This document shows positions 47,424 to 56,939 of a stretch of 64,000 nucleotides of DNA, piece by piece. This DNA is from an uncultured Candidatus Saccharibacteria bacterium (GTDB lineage Bacteria; Patescibacteriota; Minisyncoccia; Phycocordibacterales; WO2-35-19): positions 26,944 to 90,943 of the forward strand of contig CAZHPR010000001.1 of the NCBI GenBank assembly GCA_964534305.1, read 5' to 3'. Made by a program: the position numbers and the translations under genes. The notes beneath the pieces were generated by a model. It ran no database searches. It was not told the origin of the DNA and saw nothing but the letters and a program-made list of their open reading frames with translations. Position 1 is the first letter of the stretch; every line of letters starts with the position of its first letter.

Positions 47424-48300
47424 TTTTTAGATTTACCCCATCACTCTTGAAAATAATGCTACCAGAAGTATCAGTGCGGAGAGTTTTTATATTTAATTTC
47501 TCCAAGAGGGCTAGTACTTCTTGATGCGGATGACCGTAGCGATTGTCCTTACCACTAGAGACAACTGCATACTCCGGATTTACCGCTCTTACAAAATTAT
47601 CAGAACTAGAAGTTCTTGAGCCGTGATGTCCAAGTTTTAATACATCACTTTCTAGTCCCAAGGAGAGTCCTTGGGATCTATATTTGTTTACCAAATAATT
47701 TTCTATTGCACTCGGCGAATCTCCGGTAAGCAAAAATTCATTCTCGCCATAAACAAGACGAGCAACGATTGAGGCAGTATTTGTCTCCCACCCACTTACA
47801 TCTTTTTCTGGAAACAAGATTTCCAAAAATGCTCCCCCACCCAAATTGATTTGCATGCCAGCTCTTGCAAGAATCTTTTTTATTTTTCCTCCACTTTCTA
47901 ACTTGCCAACTTGCGTCTTTAAACTTTCATATATATCTGTATCCGACTCTACCCCGGGTTCCAAAAAAAGATCTACCTCATAATTCTCTAAAATATCAAC
48001 GAGTCCCCCCACATGATCCGCATCTGGATGAGTTGCAACAACAACATCAAGAGACCGATCATAAAACTTCATCACCTTAGAAATTTCTCGAAGTACCCCC
48101 CTCCCCACCCCACCATCAACAAGAACTTGGTTGCCTGAGGGAGACTCTATAAAAATGGCATCCCCTTGCCCAACGTCCAAAAAGGCAACCGTGAGCAGTC
48201 CTCTATTATTTCTGAGATCCAAAAAAACAAAGAGAGAAATTAGGATAGCGAGAATAAACAGGATGCTCACTAAGAGTCTAATTTTTAATTTTGAACTCAT
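47410..48300 (-). CDS. ComEC/Rec2-type MBL-fold domain protein (split ComEC)
   Basis: FLDVGQGDA, THPDADH, LLTGD, GHHGS, NRYGHP, RTD..G. Confidence 0.92.
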   Translation of the reverse strand: MSSKLKIRLLVSILFILAILISLFVFLDLRNNRGLLTVAFLDVGQGDAIFIESPSGNQVLVDGGVGRGVLREISKVMKFYDRSLDVVVATHPDADHVGGLVDILENYEVDLFLEPGVESDTDIYESLKTQVGKLESGGKIKKILARAGMQINLGGGAFLEILFPEKDVSGWETNTASIVARLVYGENEFLLTGDSPSAIENYLVNKYRSQGLSLGLESDVLKLGHHGSRTSSSDNFVRAVNPEYAVVSSGKDNRYGHPHQEVLALLEKLNIKTLRTDTSGSIIFKSDGVNLKITHP

Positions 48301-48346
48301 ACATATATGATACTATTGTAGTAATTAAGAAACTAACAAAACCAAT

Positions 48347-48943
48347 ATGAAGCAGTTTGAAGCAAAACAATTCAACATAGGAGAACTAAAAGGAATATCA
48401 GCAAAAACAATAGAAGAACATCTGAAGCTTTACCAAGGATATGTAAAACACAGCAATTTAATCTTAGAAAAAATTGAGGAGCTCGCGATAGATGCTGAAA
48501 AAAATGCCTATGCCTTAGGAGAAGTACAGAGAAGATTTGGATTTGAATACAACGGAATGAGAAATCACGAAATTTATTTTGACTCTCTTTCTCTCGGAGC
48601 AAAAGAATTAGAAGAAGGAAGTAGATTCAAGGATCAAATAGAAAAAGATTTTGGGAGCTTCGACGGCTGGCTAAATAAATTTAAATCGATCGCCCTTACT
48701 CGAGGTATCGGTTGGGCAATTCTTTATTGGGACAGGAAAGACAAAAGGTTTCTAAACGCATGGATTGATGAACAACACCTAGGCCAACTTCAAGATTGTA
48801 CCCCAATCCTTGCGCTCGATATGTGGGAGCATTCTTTTGTTGCAGACTATGCGCCGAGCGGAAAGAAAAATTATGTCGAAGATTTCTTCATCAATTTAAA
48901 CTGGCAGAAAGTAGAAGAAAACTTTGCAATGGCTACCGAATAA
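48347..48943 (+). CDS. Fe/Mn superoxide dismutase family protein
   Basis: EEH..LYQGYV, NHEIYF, DFGSFD.W, DMWEHS. Confidence 0.9.
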   Translation: MKQFEAKQFNIGELKGISAKTIEEHLKLYQGYVKHSNLILEKIEELAIDAEKNAYALGEVQRRFGFEYNGMRNHEIYFDSLSLGAKELEEGSRFKDQIEKDFGSFDGWLNKFKSIALTRGIGWAILYWDRKDKRFLNAWIDEQHLGQLQDCTPILALDMWEHSFVADYAPSGKKNYVEDFFINLNWQKVEENFAMATE

Positions 48944-48980
48944 AATTTGGTATTGCATAAGAAACAAAAACACCCAGAAC

Positions 48981-50435
48981 CTACTGGGTGTTTTTGTTTA
49001 GACGGTGAAACAAAAATCCAAAGCCAAAATAACAAAGGATAGCAACATAATACGGAAACACTCCAACTTTGAGTGTTGCAAAGGTAAGAGAGGAAGAATG
49101 CTCAACAACTTTTATGATTATCTCTGTGAGTGTGTACGAGAGTATTCCAAACGGCCAAGAGAGAATGGTAGAAAATATTCCGACAACAGAAGTTGTGAAT
49201 CCAAAAAACATAACCACGGGGATTATTGGTAATACCAAAGGATTAACAAAAAAAGAAATTATTGAAACTTGACCAGATAAATAAAGAAGCATCGGCAACA
49301 AAAATATCTGAACAGAAAAAGTTGTTGAGACAATTTCTCTAATACCAAATTTCTCCACAAAAATATTTTTTAATTTTGAGTTCAAAATAAAATTAGAAAC
49401 GAACGGACTAAAAACTATGAGGCCGAGAGTGGCGAGGAAAGATAATTGAAAAGACGGATCATCAAAGAGGATTGGTGGATTCCAAAGTATCATCAAAAAG
49501 GCAGCAACAAAGAGCGACCGCAGAGCACTCTCTGGTCTACCCAGATACTTTGCAAGTAGTGCAATAAGAGACATTATAATCGACCTTATTACCGTCGCAC
49601 CGAGCCCGACCATAACTCCAAACAAAATTACAAATACAGCACCAACAAAAAATCCTAAATTTCTTCTTCCAAGATAAGAAGCGAGATAGAGTAAAGCTGA
49701 AGCGACAATGGTTATATTGTAGCCAGAGAGAACAACTATATGGACAAGACCCACATCTCTAAATTTGTCGAGCAACTCTGTTCCTAGAGATTGCTTGGCA
49801 CCAAAAAGTAGGCCCGCCGCAAGAGAGGCATTGGGTTCTGGAACAACCTCTTTTATATTAGCAACCAAAAAATTTTTTATAGAAAATATTTTTTTGAAAA
49901 AACTATTACCGCTTTTTTCTAGAGTTATTTTGGGTTGATACAAAATAAAATGTATTTTGTCTTTTGCTAAGTAAGAAACATAATCAAATTCCAAACCTGT
50001 ATCTGTCGTAAAGTTTTTTGGTAGCGACAATTTACCAGAAATATTTACCCTGTCTCCATAGTCAAACTTGAGAGACCGAGAAGATACGACCAACACCCGA
50101 CTCTCCGAGTGATCAGGTTGCACCACATACCGATAGCTATCATCTCTCTCGTCTCTCTCTTCAACTATATTTGCTCCAAAGGATACTTCTTTACCCACAC
50201 TATTATAAAAATATGGATCTACCGTTGCAGCGGCAAAAAACATCCTGAGCAGTCCAACAAAAAACAATACCGAGATTATAAATAAATTTTTTGTTAAGTT
50301 TCTTTTATAAACAATTACAAAAAATAAGGAAACAAAAAATAACAAACCAAGAAACAATAAAAAGTATAAGTCCGGATTAAAATATTTTTGAAAAATTATA
50401 CCAACCAAAAAAGATATTACTGCGTAATATATCAT
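48981..50435 (-). CDS. comEC: ComEC competence membrane channel
   Basis: GLVHIVVLSGYN, VIRS.IM, DPSFQLSFLATLG. Confidence 0.93.
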   Translation of the reverse strand: MIYYAVISFLVGIIFQKYFNPDLYFLLFLGLLFFVSLFFVIVYKRNLTKNLFIISVLFFVGLLRMFFAAATVDPYFYNSVGKEVSFGANIVEERDERDDSYRYVVQPDHSESRVLVVSSRSLKFDYGDRVNISGKLSLPKNFTTDTGLEFDYVSYLAKDKIHFILYQPKITLEKSGNSFFKKIFSIKNFLVANIKEVVPEPNASLAAGLLFGAKQSLGTELLDKFRDVGLVHIVVLSGYNITIVASALLYLASYLGRRNLGFFVGAVFVILFGVMVGLGATVIRSIIMSLIALLAKYLGRPESALRSLFVAAFLMILWNPPILFDDPSFQLSFLATLGLIVFSPFVSNFILNSKLKNIFVEKFGIREIVSTTFSVQIFLLPMLLYLSGQVSIISFFVNPLVLPIIPVVMFFGFTTSVVGIFSTILSWPFGILSYTLTEIIIKVVEHSSSLTFATLKVGVFPYYVAILCYFGFGFLFHRLNKNTQ

Positions 50436-50926
50436 TCTTTAAACTTATATCCGGATTCATCTCCTTCGTATAGATCAATATGACTACCATCTGCCATGGT
50501 GGTTGCAATCTCGTCACACCTTTCGTTGAGTTCGTGCCCCGAGTGGCCGGCTACTTTTTTCCATTCTACATTTCTCTTTTGTGTCTCTAGAAGTAGCGTC
50601 TCCCATAAGTCTTGGTTCAAAACTGGATCTTTGCTTTTTGTCCGCCAACCATTTTTTTGCCAAGAATGTACCCACATTGTAATCCCCTTTATCAAATATT
50701 CAGAGTCTGAATAAATTTCTATTTCTGAGTTCTCTCCAGTACTCCTTAGGGATTCTATTGCGGCGATCATCTCCATCCTGTTGTTAGTCGTCCTCTCCTC
50801 CCTCCCCCCAAGTTCTTTGATCTGGATACTAGATGCTTGCTGCTCACTGCTTATTATTATAGCCCCCCATCCTCCCGGCCCCGGATTGCCCTTGGACGAC
50901 CCATCAGTGTAAATTCTAATTTTCAT
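50432..50926 (-). CDS. rnhA: Ribonuclease HI
   Basis: YTDGS..GNPGPGGWG, TTNNRME, SDSEY, GHSG..LNERCD. Confidence 0.98.
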   Translation of the reverse strand: MKIRIYTDGSSKGNPGPGGWGAIIISSEQQASSIQIKELGGREERTTNNRMEMIAAIESLRSTGENSEIEIYSDSEYLIKGITMWVHSWQKNGWRTKSKDPVLNQDLWETLLLETQKRNVEWKKVAGHSGHELNERCDEIATTMADGSHIDLYEGDESGYKFKE

Positions 50927-51202
50927 ACAAAAATATTATCACATAAATAATCTTCTTGGTCCCCCGTCCGCTTCGATAAGGCATCCAACAATCCTTATAT
51001 AAAAAATGGTTGCAAAAAATTATATTTGGGTTATAATCTTAAATGGAAAACTCAACAACCTTGATCTCTCGGTTTCCTGATCAAGAGGGGCTCGGAAGAA
51101 GAGCGTTCCATAATATAGAGAGATTCTATAGTATACACTACCCAAGTGGTAGTGACTTGGAAAAGGAAAAAGGCAGGTAGTCTCCAAACGGTGACCCTGC
51201 CT

Positions 51203-51889
51203 TTAATTTTTGCCCGAACCAAACGATCCGGAGAGACGGGAGCTGAACCATCGGCGCTCAGACCATCTGACCCTGATTTCCCTTTTCCACTTTTTGTTAA
51301 ACTCCTTCACTATCTCTTTGTGGACACGGGATTGAAATTCAGGAGAAATCTCTGCTGGTCTGTGAGTGTATCTCACCTCAAGTTCATGACGAACAAAACC
51401 AGAAACTCGGTACATATACCGATGCGGAAGAATCCACTGCCAAGCATCATGCTCAAGCAACTGGCTCAAATCCTGCGCCGGAAAAACAATGAAGTCCAAG
51501 GTCCACTTAAGGTATAGAGACTTGTTGCCCCTTGGAATACAGAGCTTCTCGCAGGCTTCGAGGAGAAATCTTATCCTGCTAAAAAAGTTCTGTTTTGCAA
51601 AACAACTCCTCGAGTCTCTAAAAAGATTGAGCCGAACCTGCTTAAATGTCTCCTGAAATTCGTACTTATCAGCAAACAACGACTCGTTTCCCAAAGAAAG
51701 ATCATGGTAGTGACTCAATGTCTTTTTGAATCGATATAAGGATACAACTATCATCCTCACATCATCATCGTCAAGCGAAAAGTCTGAGACCATCTTGCTT
51801 AGGATACGAGCCTCAGCAGAACTCATGCTGGCAACCATTGCTTCGTGAGAAACATTGGTGCCAACAAGCACATCGATCAATGTCTCCAC
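51203..51889 (-). CDS. Hypothetical protein
   Basis: GGAGG SD at 51896-51900, GTG start, terminator-like hairpin at 51169-51204. Confidence 0.6.
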   Translation of the reverse strand: METLIDVLVGTNVSHEAMVASMSSAEARILSKMVSDFSLDDDDVRMIVVSLYRFKKTLSHYHDLSLGNESLFADKYEFQETFKQVRLNLFRDSRSCFAKQNFFSRIRFLLEACEKLCIPRGNKSLYLKWTLDFIVFPAQDLSQLLEHDAWQWILPHRYMYRVSGFVRHELEVRYTHRPAEISPEFQSRVHKEIVKEFNKKWKREIRVRWSERRWFSSRLSGSFGSGKN

Positions 51890-51922
51890 GAAACACCTCC
51901 ATTTAAAACTATAACATTATTA

Positions 51923-53599
51923 CTAGAAAAAATCAACAATACGAAGGCGGACTTCTGGGTGATCACCACGCCAGAAAGATAACTCAATTTGAGCGCAAAC
52001 GTTGGTAGAAATGCCTTCTTTTAGACTATCCCCCCACGAATCAGGATTGGAGAAAAAGGAAATCGCCTTTACTGTCTTGCTTCCATCTCTAAGGGTAATC
52101 GAGAGGTGGTCTTTGTTCTTGCCAAACCGTTCTACCCTCTCTGGCAAAACGTTATAAAAAACAAACTTCGGCTTTTCGTTGCCGACCCCAAACGGCGCCA
52201 GTCTATTTATCATCTCAGCAGTTTGTATATTTACATCTTTTAGTCTCAGCTCAAGATCAACTATTTCCTCTGTTTCGGATTTTAATATATGAGTACCCGC
52301 CTCAACTAAGTTGCTTTCCAAATTATGAATGGCCTCTTCAGAAATTGAGAACCCACCAGAGAGTTTGTGACCACCAAATTCTATAAAACTTGTCTTTGTC
52401 CTCTCCATAAGGGCAACGAGATCTGTAGAACCATCTGATCGGCAAGAACCTTTTATCACCATACCGCTCTCCCTACCCCAAACAAAAACCGGTCTTTTGT
52501 ATTCTTCTGATATAGAGTTTGCAGCAAGTCCCAAAAGAGAAGGTCTCCAGTCTACATTGCCTACAACTATAACAGACTTCTCACCCTCACTTTCAAACCT
52601 ATTTTTTAAAGTATGTTTTATTTCTTTTACTATAGCAGCGACAATACCCTTTCTCTCATTGTTTAGTTTTTCAAGATGCTTTGCAATACCTTCCGCCTCT
52701 GCTTCATTCTCTACAACCAACAAATCAAAGGCGTCCCGAGGTTTACCCATACGAGAGGCAGCATTTATTCTAGGAGTTATGAGAAAACCGATATCATCTT
52801 CGTTTATATTTTTTGAATTTATATTGAGCGTTTTGTAGAGCTTTCTGAGCCCCGGACGCTTTGTCTTACCAAGTACTTTTAGCCCAAAGTGAGCCAGAGC
52901 TCTGTTTTCACCAAGAAGTGGTACCATATCAGAAAGGGTTGCAATACCAACTAAATCAAGCAACCACTTCTCCTGTCCTTCTTTAAGCAAACCTCTTTTT
53001 TTTATTAAAATTGCCTGAATTAATTTCCAAACAATCCCAGACCCACAAAGAAAATTTTCTGGATACTTTGAATCTGGCATCTTATGGTTCACTATTGCAA
53101 AAGCATCTGGCAATGACTCCCCGGCCTCGTGATGGTCTGTGATTATTACTTCTAGGCCCAACTTATTTACATGGTCTACCTCCTCGACATCTCTTATTCC
53201 GCAATCTACTGTTATCATAAGCTGGACTCCTGAACTTGCGATTTCTGCAACTCCTTCACTGTTTAAACCATAACCTTCTTCGTGCCGGTGAGGGATGTAG
53301 TTTATAAAATTATTAAATCCGATCAACTTAAAAAAATCATGGAGAAGAGCTCCTCCTGGAATACCGTCCGCATCATAATCACTCCAAATACAAATCTTTT
53401 GATTACTATCTATTGCAAAGATTATCCTATCAACCGCTCTTTCCATATCTGGCAAAAGAAACGGATCGTGTAGGTGGTCATCAAAGTCGGGGTTTAGAAA
53501 CTTACTTTTCTGCTCTGCGGTTTCTATCCCTCGGTTATACAGAAGTTGATCCACCAAGTCTGTGTATTTGCTTTCTTTGACTGAGTATTTTTTTGGCAT
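51923..53599 (-). CDS. recJ: Single-stranded DNA exonuclease RecJ
   Basis: DYDADG, EGYG, TVDCG, TDHH, PRINAASR, GGH, PFG.GN. True start at ATG 53599. Confidence 0.97.
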   Translation of the reverse strand: MPKKYSVKESKYTDLVDQLLYNRGIETAEQKSKFLNPDFDDHLHDPFLLPDMERAVDRIIFAIDSNQKICIWSDYDADGIPGGALLHDFFKLIGFNNFINYIPHRHEEGYGLNSEGVAEIASSGVQLMITVDCGIRDVEEVDHVNKLGLEVIITDHHEAGESLPDAFAIVNHKMPDSKYPENFLCGSGIVWKLIQAILIKKRGLLKEGQEKWLLDLVGIATLSDMVPLLGENRALAHFGLKVLGKTKRPGLRKLYKTLNINSKNINEDDIGFLITPRINAASRMGKPRDAFDLLVVENEAEAEGIAKHLEKLNNERKGIVAAIVKEIKHTLKNRFESEGEKSVIVVGNVDWRPSLLGLAANSISEEYKRPVFVWGRESGMVIKGSCRSDGSTDLVALMERTKTSFIEFGGHKLSGGFSISEEAIHNLESNLVEAGTHILKSETEEIVDLELRLKDVNIQTAEMINRLAPFGVGNEKPKFVFYNVLPERVERFGKNKDHLSITLRDGSKTVKAISFFSNPDSWGDSLKEGISTNVCAQIELSFWRGDHPEVRLRIVDFF

Positions 53600-53622
53600 A
53601 AAAAAGATGATACCATAATGCC

Positions 53623-54003
53623 ATGAATAACTGCATTTTTTGCAAAATAGTAAAAAAAGAGATACCAGCCCATATTGTCTACGAAGACAATAATTTCTTG
53701 GCCTTTCTTGATATAAACCCAACTTCTCCTGGACATGTACAAGTAATTCCCAAAGAGCATCACAGATGGGTTTGGGACGTTCCAAATATCGGTGAATATT
53801 TCGAAATAGTAAGAAAAATAGCAAAGGCACAACAAAAAGCCTTTGGTACAGATTGGATACTTTCAAAAATAGTCGGTGAGGATGTAGAGCACGCCCACAT
53901 CTGGGTCTTTCCTGGCTCGTCGGCAGGCGGACCAAACAAAGAAATAAAAGCAGATCTCAAAGATTTTGAAACAAACAAAAATAAAATTATAGAGAATTTA
54001 TAG
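53623..54003 (+). CDS. HIT family protein
   Basis: CIFCKIV, AFLDINP..PGH, HAHIW. Confidence 0.93.
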   Translation: MNNCIFCKIVKKEIPAHIVYEDNNFLAFLDINPTSPGHVQVIPKEHHRWVWDVPNIGEYFEIVRKIAKAQQKAFGTDWILSKIVGEDVEHAHIWVFPGSSAGGPNKEIKADLKDFETNKNKIIENL

Positions 54004-54020
54004 TGATTTCTTTTTTATTT

Positions 54021-54983
54021 TTAATCTAACGCTTCGATTCCAGGGAGGGTCCCATTGGCAAGGAAGTCGAGCATGGCGCCGCCAGCAGTCGAGACGAAGG
54101 TAAATTTGTCTTCTATATTAAGTTCTTTGATAGCCGAGAGAGTATCTCCACCGCCCACTATCACCTCCACTTTTTCATGTAATTCTGCTAGTCCTTGGGC
54201 AAGGGCTTTGGTCCCCTCAGTATATCCATTTTCATAATTACCCAAAGGGCCGTTCCACAAAACAAATTTAGAGACTCTCGCCTTTTCTAAAATAAGATCA
54301 ACAGTTGGCAAATCGGCATCGAGAGCTGAGTAATCACAGAGAGGAAAAAATATTTTAGGATTGGAAGAAAGTTTGGGGTCTTTCGAAGCCGGTAGAGCAA
54401 GAGTGCCCCCAACAAACACTACATCCGCAATATCTAAAAACTTTTCTAAAAGTGGAATCTTGGTCTCAAGTTTTGCACCACCAAGTATAAACAGAAATGG
54501 GTGGAGCGGATTAAAGGCTTTTGAAAGATTCTCTACTTCTTTCATAAAATTTATTCCTGCATACTTTTCACTCATAAAATTTGGTACTCCCACTACTGAA
54601 GCATGGCTTCGGTGAGAAACCGAAAACGCTTCATTAACATAAATCTCCCCCTGAGCAGCGAGCTCTTTTGCAAAACTTTCATCGTTTTCTTCTTCTCTAC
54701 TATCTATTCTTAGATTTGGCAAAAATTCTACGTGTGTTTTTAAAATAGGAAATTTGTTTTTTGCATATTCAAAAACCGGATCCATAGATTCTCCTGCCCT
54801 ACCAAAATGGCTCATCAAAACAACCTTGCCATTATTATCCAGTATATATTTTATTGTTTCTAATGAGGCAAAAATCCTTGAATCATCAGAAACCCTACCG
54901 TTTTTATCTACTGGCACATTCCAATCAACTCGGAGTAATACCCTTTTACCATCAAAATTTTTGACTGAAGTTATTGGCTTCAT
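54021..54983 (-). CDS. pgk: Phosphoglycerate kinase, compact (320 aa)
   Basis: RVDWNVP, SHFGR, HRSHAS, GGAK, WNGPLG, GGGDT, STAGGA. Confidence 0.95.
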   Translation of the reverse strand: MKPITSVKNFDGKRVLLRVDWNVPVDKNGRVSDDSRIFASLETIKYILDNNGKVVLMSHFGRAGESMDPVFEYAKNKFPILKTHVEFLPNLRIDSREEENDESFAKELAAQGEIYVNEAFSVSHRSHASVVGVPNFMSEKYAGINFMKEVENLSKAFNPLHPFLFILGGAKLETKIPLLEKFLDIADVVFVGGTLALPASKDPKLSSNPKIFFPLCDYSALDADLPTVDLILEKARVSKFVLWNGPLGNYENGYTEGTKALAQGLAELHEKVEVIVGGGDTLSAIKELNIEDKFTFVSTAGGAMLDFLANGTLPGIEALD

Positions 54984-55063
54984 ACTTTATATTTTAGCAG
55001 ATTAATAACTCACCCCCTATCCCCCTCTCTTACAACAAGAGAGGGGGGACCAAAAAATACAAT

Positions 55064-55624
55064 CTATTTCTGATTAAAATACTCTGGAATCTCATTTGCT
55101 TTAATAATAATCCTGTTTGGGAACATATTTCGTAGCTCATCCACCAAGGGATAAAATTTTGTGTTAACCACTAAAGATCCTACATTAATTTTAAACAAAC
55201 CTGTTTCGTCTGGTCTTTGTGGTTTTCCACCTGGAAATGGGTTGTCTTTTTCTAAAACAACTAAAAAATTACACTGGGTCATAAATCCTCCAAACATACC
55301 GCCTAATTTTCCAACGTCTCCTTTTATTCCACCATTTGAAAGAATGTTCAGAGCTGCTGTTACCCATTCAAGGTCTCTACCCCTAGTAATTCCGTGTGCC
55401 AAATAATTATTTAAAACTTCTGTTGGTATATCTCTCAGATAATAGTCAATGGCATTTTGATACCTTTCGGTTGCAAAAGGAGGATTCCATCCGTTTACAT
55501 CTTGATTAGCTTGAGCTGTTATTTCGGCATCGTATTTTTCAAGTAGCTCCTGAGCCACTTTCTCAGATTCCCCAAAAGGGACGAATTCTTGTTTTGGTTG
55601 TGGGTTTTGTGGTTGATTTTCCAT
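55064..55624 (-). CDS. Hypothetical protein, cargo of DUF559 cassette 2
   Basis: 186-aa ORF co-oriented with DUF559 and inside the inverted repeats. Confidence 0.75.
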   Translation of the reverse strand: MENQPQNPQPKQEFVPFGESEKVAQELLEKYDAEITAQANQDVNGWNPPFATERYQNAIDYYLRDIPTEVLNNYLAHGITRGRDLEWVTAALNILSNGGIKGDVGKLGGMFGGFMTQCNFLVVLEKDNPFPGGKPQRPDETGLFKINVGSLVVNTKFYPLVDELRNMFPNRIIIKANEIPEYFNQK

Positions 55625-55647
55625 ATTATCCAGGCCGCTAATTATTC

Positions 55648-55998
55648 TTATAATTTTAATTCTGTACTTCTTCTGATATTTTCTAAAACTTTATCCAAGT
55701 TGTTTAAAATATCATTATTCCAAAATCTTATAGTTCTTATATCTTTATCTTTTAAAAAGTCCTCGCGTTCTTGGTCGTATTCTACAGCACTTTTATGTTG
55801 TTCACCATCTAGTTCTATCGCAAGTCTTTTTTCTGCACAAAAGAAATCTAGTATATACGGGCCTGCACTATATTGTCTTAAAAATTTTAAATTGTTTACT
55901 TGTCTGTTCCTAATTTTTGACCAAAGGAGTCTTTCTGCTTCAGTTTGATTTGACCTGAGTTCACGTCGTCGCTCTAGTTGGTTTTGGTCGTTATACAT
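55648..55998 (-). CDS. DUF559 / Vsr-like endonuclease domain protein
   Basis: RRRELRSNQTEAERLLW, KFLRQ, YILDF, AIELDGEQH, IRFWN. Likely start at ATG 55998. Confidence 0.93.
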   Translation of the reverse strand: MYNDQNQLERRRELRSNQTEAERLLWSKIRNRQVNNLKFLRQYSAGPYILDFFCAEKRLAIELDGEQHKSAVEYDQEREDFLKDKDIRTIRFWNNDILNNLDKVLENIRRSTELKL

Positions 55999-56176
55999 AT
56001 TTGTATGATTCCGGTTTCCCCCTTGTTGTAAGGGGTGAGAATGCGCAGTATTCGCAAGACTTTTTGAGATATTTTTATGCAATTAAAATATCCAAAAAGT
56101 GTACAGTCCTTGTAAGGGATTAGGGGGGTTATTCCCCCTATCTTGTTGTAAGAGAGGGGTTAGGGGGTGAGTTATT
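55712..56176. repeat. 465-bp direct repeat, copy 1 (identical to 62682-63146)
   Basis: Line-by-line comparison shows no mismatch; offset 6970 bp. Confidence 0.95.
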
Positions 56177-56939
56177 TTACATCCACACTTTTCAAAATTT
56201 CTGGAAACTCTTCTTTTTTTAGTGAAGCATGACCAACAAGAAATCCTTCTACATTACCGTAGTCTATTATGGCTCTAGCATTCGGGGCCTCAACAGCAGC
56301 TCCATAGAGGATACGCACAGAAGAAGCAATATCTTTACCAAACAATTCACCCAAAGATTTTCTGATAAAAAGGACTGTCTCGTGTATATCAGTTGGACTC
56401 ATTGCTTCTCTATAAGATTTTCCTATCGTCCAGACCGGCTCATAGGCGATAATAAGTCCCAACATATATTTCTTTTGTAAGCCGGAGATAGAATTTTTAA
56501 GTTGTTCTTTTAAGAACTCGAGATGACTTCCTTCTCTATCTCTAACACTTTCCCCGATACACAGGATTGGAGTAAGACCAGCTTCAAACACTGACTCTAA
56601 TTTTTTGTTTATTATTTTATTATCCTCACCCATTGCCCTCCTCTCAGAGTGCCCGACCAAAACAAACCTAACTCCCAAATCTTTGAGCATTTGATTGCTC
56701 ACTTCCCCAGTAAAGGCGCCCTTTTCTTCAAAATACGAGTTTTGTGCTGTAATAAATAGATTTTTAGGTCTGCTTATTTTTGACAACAGCCCAAGATACA
56801 CAAAAGGAGGAGCGACCAAAACCTCTGTATTTTTGAGTACTGAGGCGGTCTTTTTTGTAAAATTAAATATACTTTTTGCTTCTTCAAGAGAACTCGGGTT
56901 CATCTTCCAATTTGCTATAACTATATTTTTCTTTTTCAT
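56172..56939 (-). CDS. tpiA: Triosephosphate isomerase
   Basis: NWKMN, GAFTGE, GHSERR, AYEPVW.IG, LVG.ASL. Confidence 0.98.
   Translation of the reverse strand: MKKKNIVIANWKMNPSSLEEAKSIFNFTKKTASVLKNTEVLVAPPFVYLGLLSKISRPKNLFITAQNSYFEEKGAFTGEVSNQMLKDLGVRFVLVGHSERRAMGEDNKIINKKLESVFEAGLTPILCIGESVRDREGSHLEFLKEQLKNSISGLQKKYMLGLIIAYEPVWTIGKSYREAMSPTDIHETVLFIRKSLGELFGKDIASSVRILYGAAVEAPNARAIIDYGNVEGFLVGHASLKKEEFPEILKSVDVK

Larger units (their letters stand above)
55006..56174 (-). mobile_element. DUF559 cassette 2 with cargo gene, bounded by about 41-bp inverted palindromic repeats
   Basis: 55006-55048 and 56134-56174 are near reverse complements; the upstream end is the tpiA TAA. Confidence 0.75.

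Noticed and set aside
47410-50435. comEC as a pseudogene broken by sod
   Set aside because: Both parts are intact ORFs with their own starts, and the MBL part has its own membrane anchor; split ComEC is a normal architecture.
53600-53935. 112-aa N-terminal extension of RecJ in the ORF track
   Set aside because: It is the antisense of the HIT gene; RecJ similarity starts at ATG 53599.
55999-56082. N-terminal extensions of the DUF559 ORFs (also 62969-63052 and 17588-17638)
   Set aside because: They are read-through of the palindrome or leader from alternative start codons; DUF559 similarity starts at the downstream ATG.
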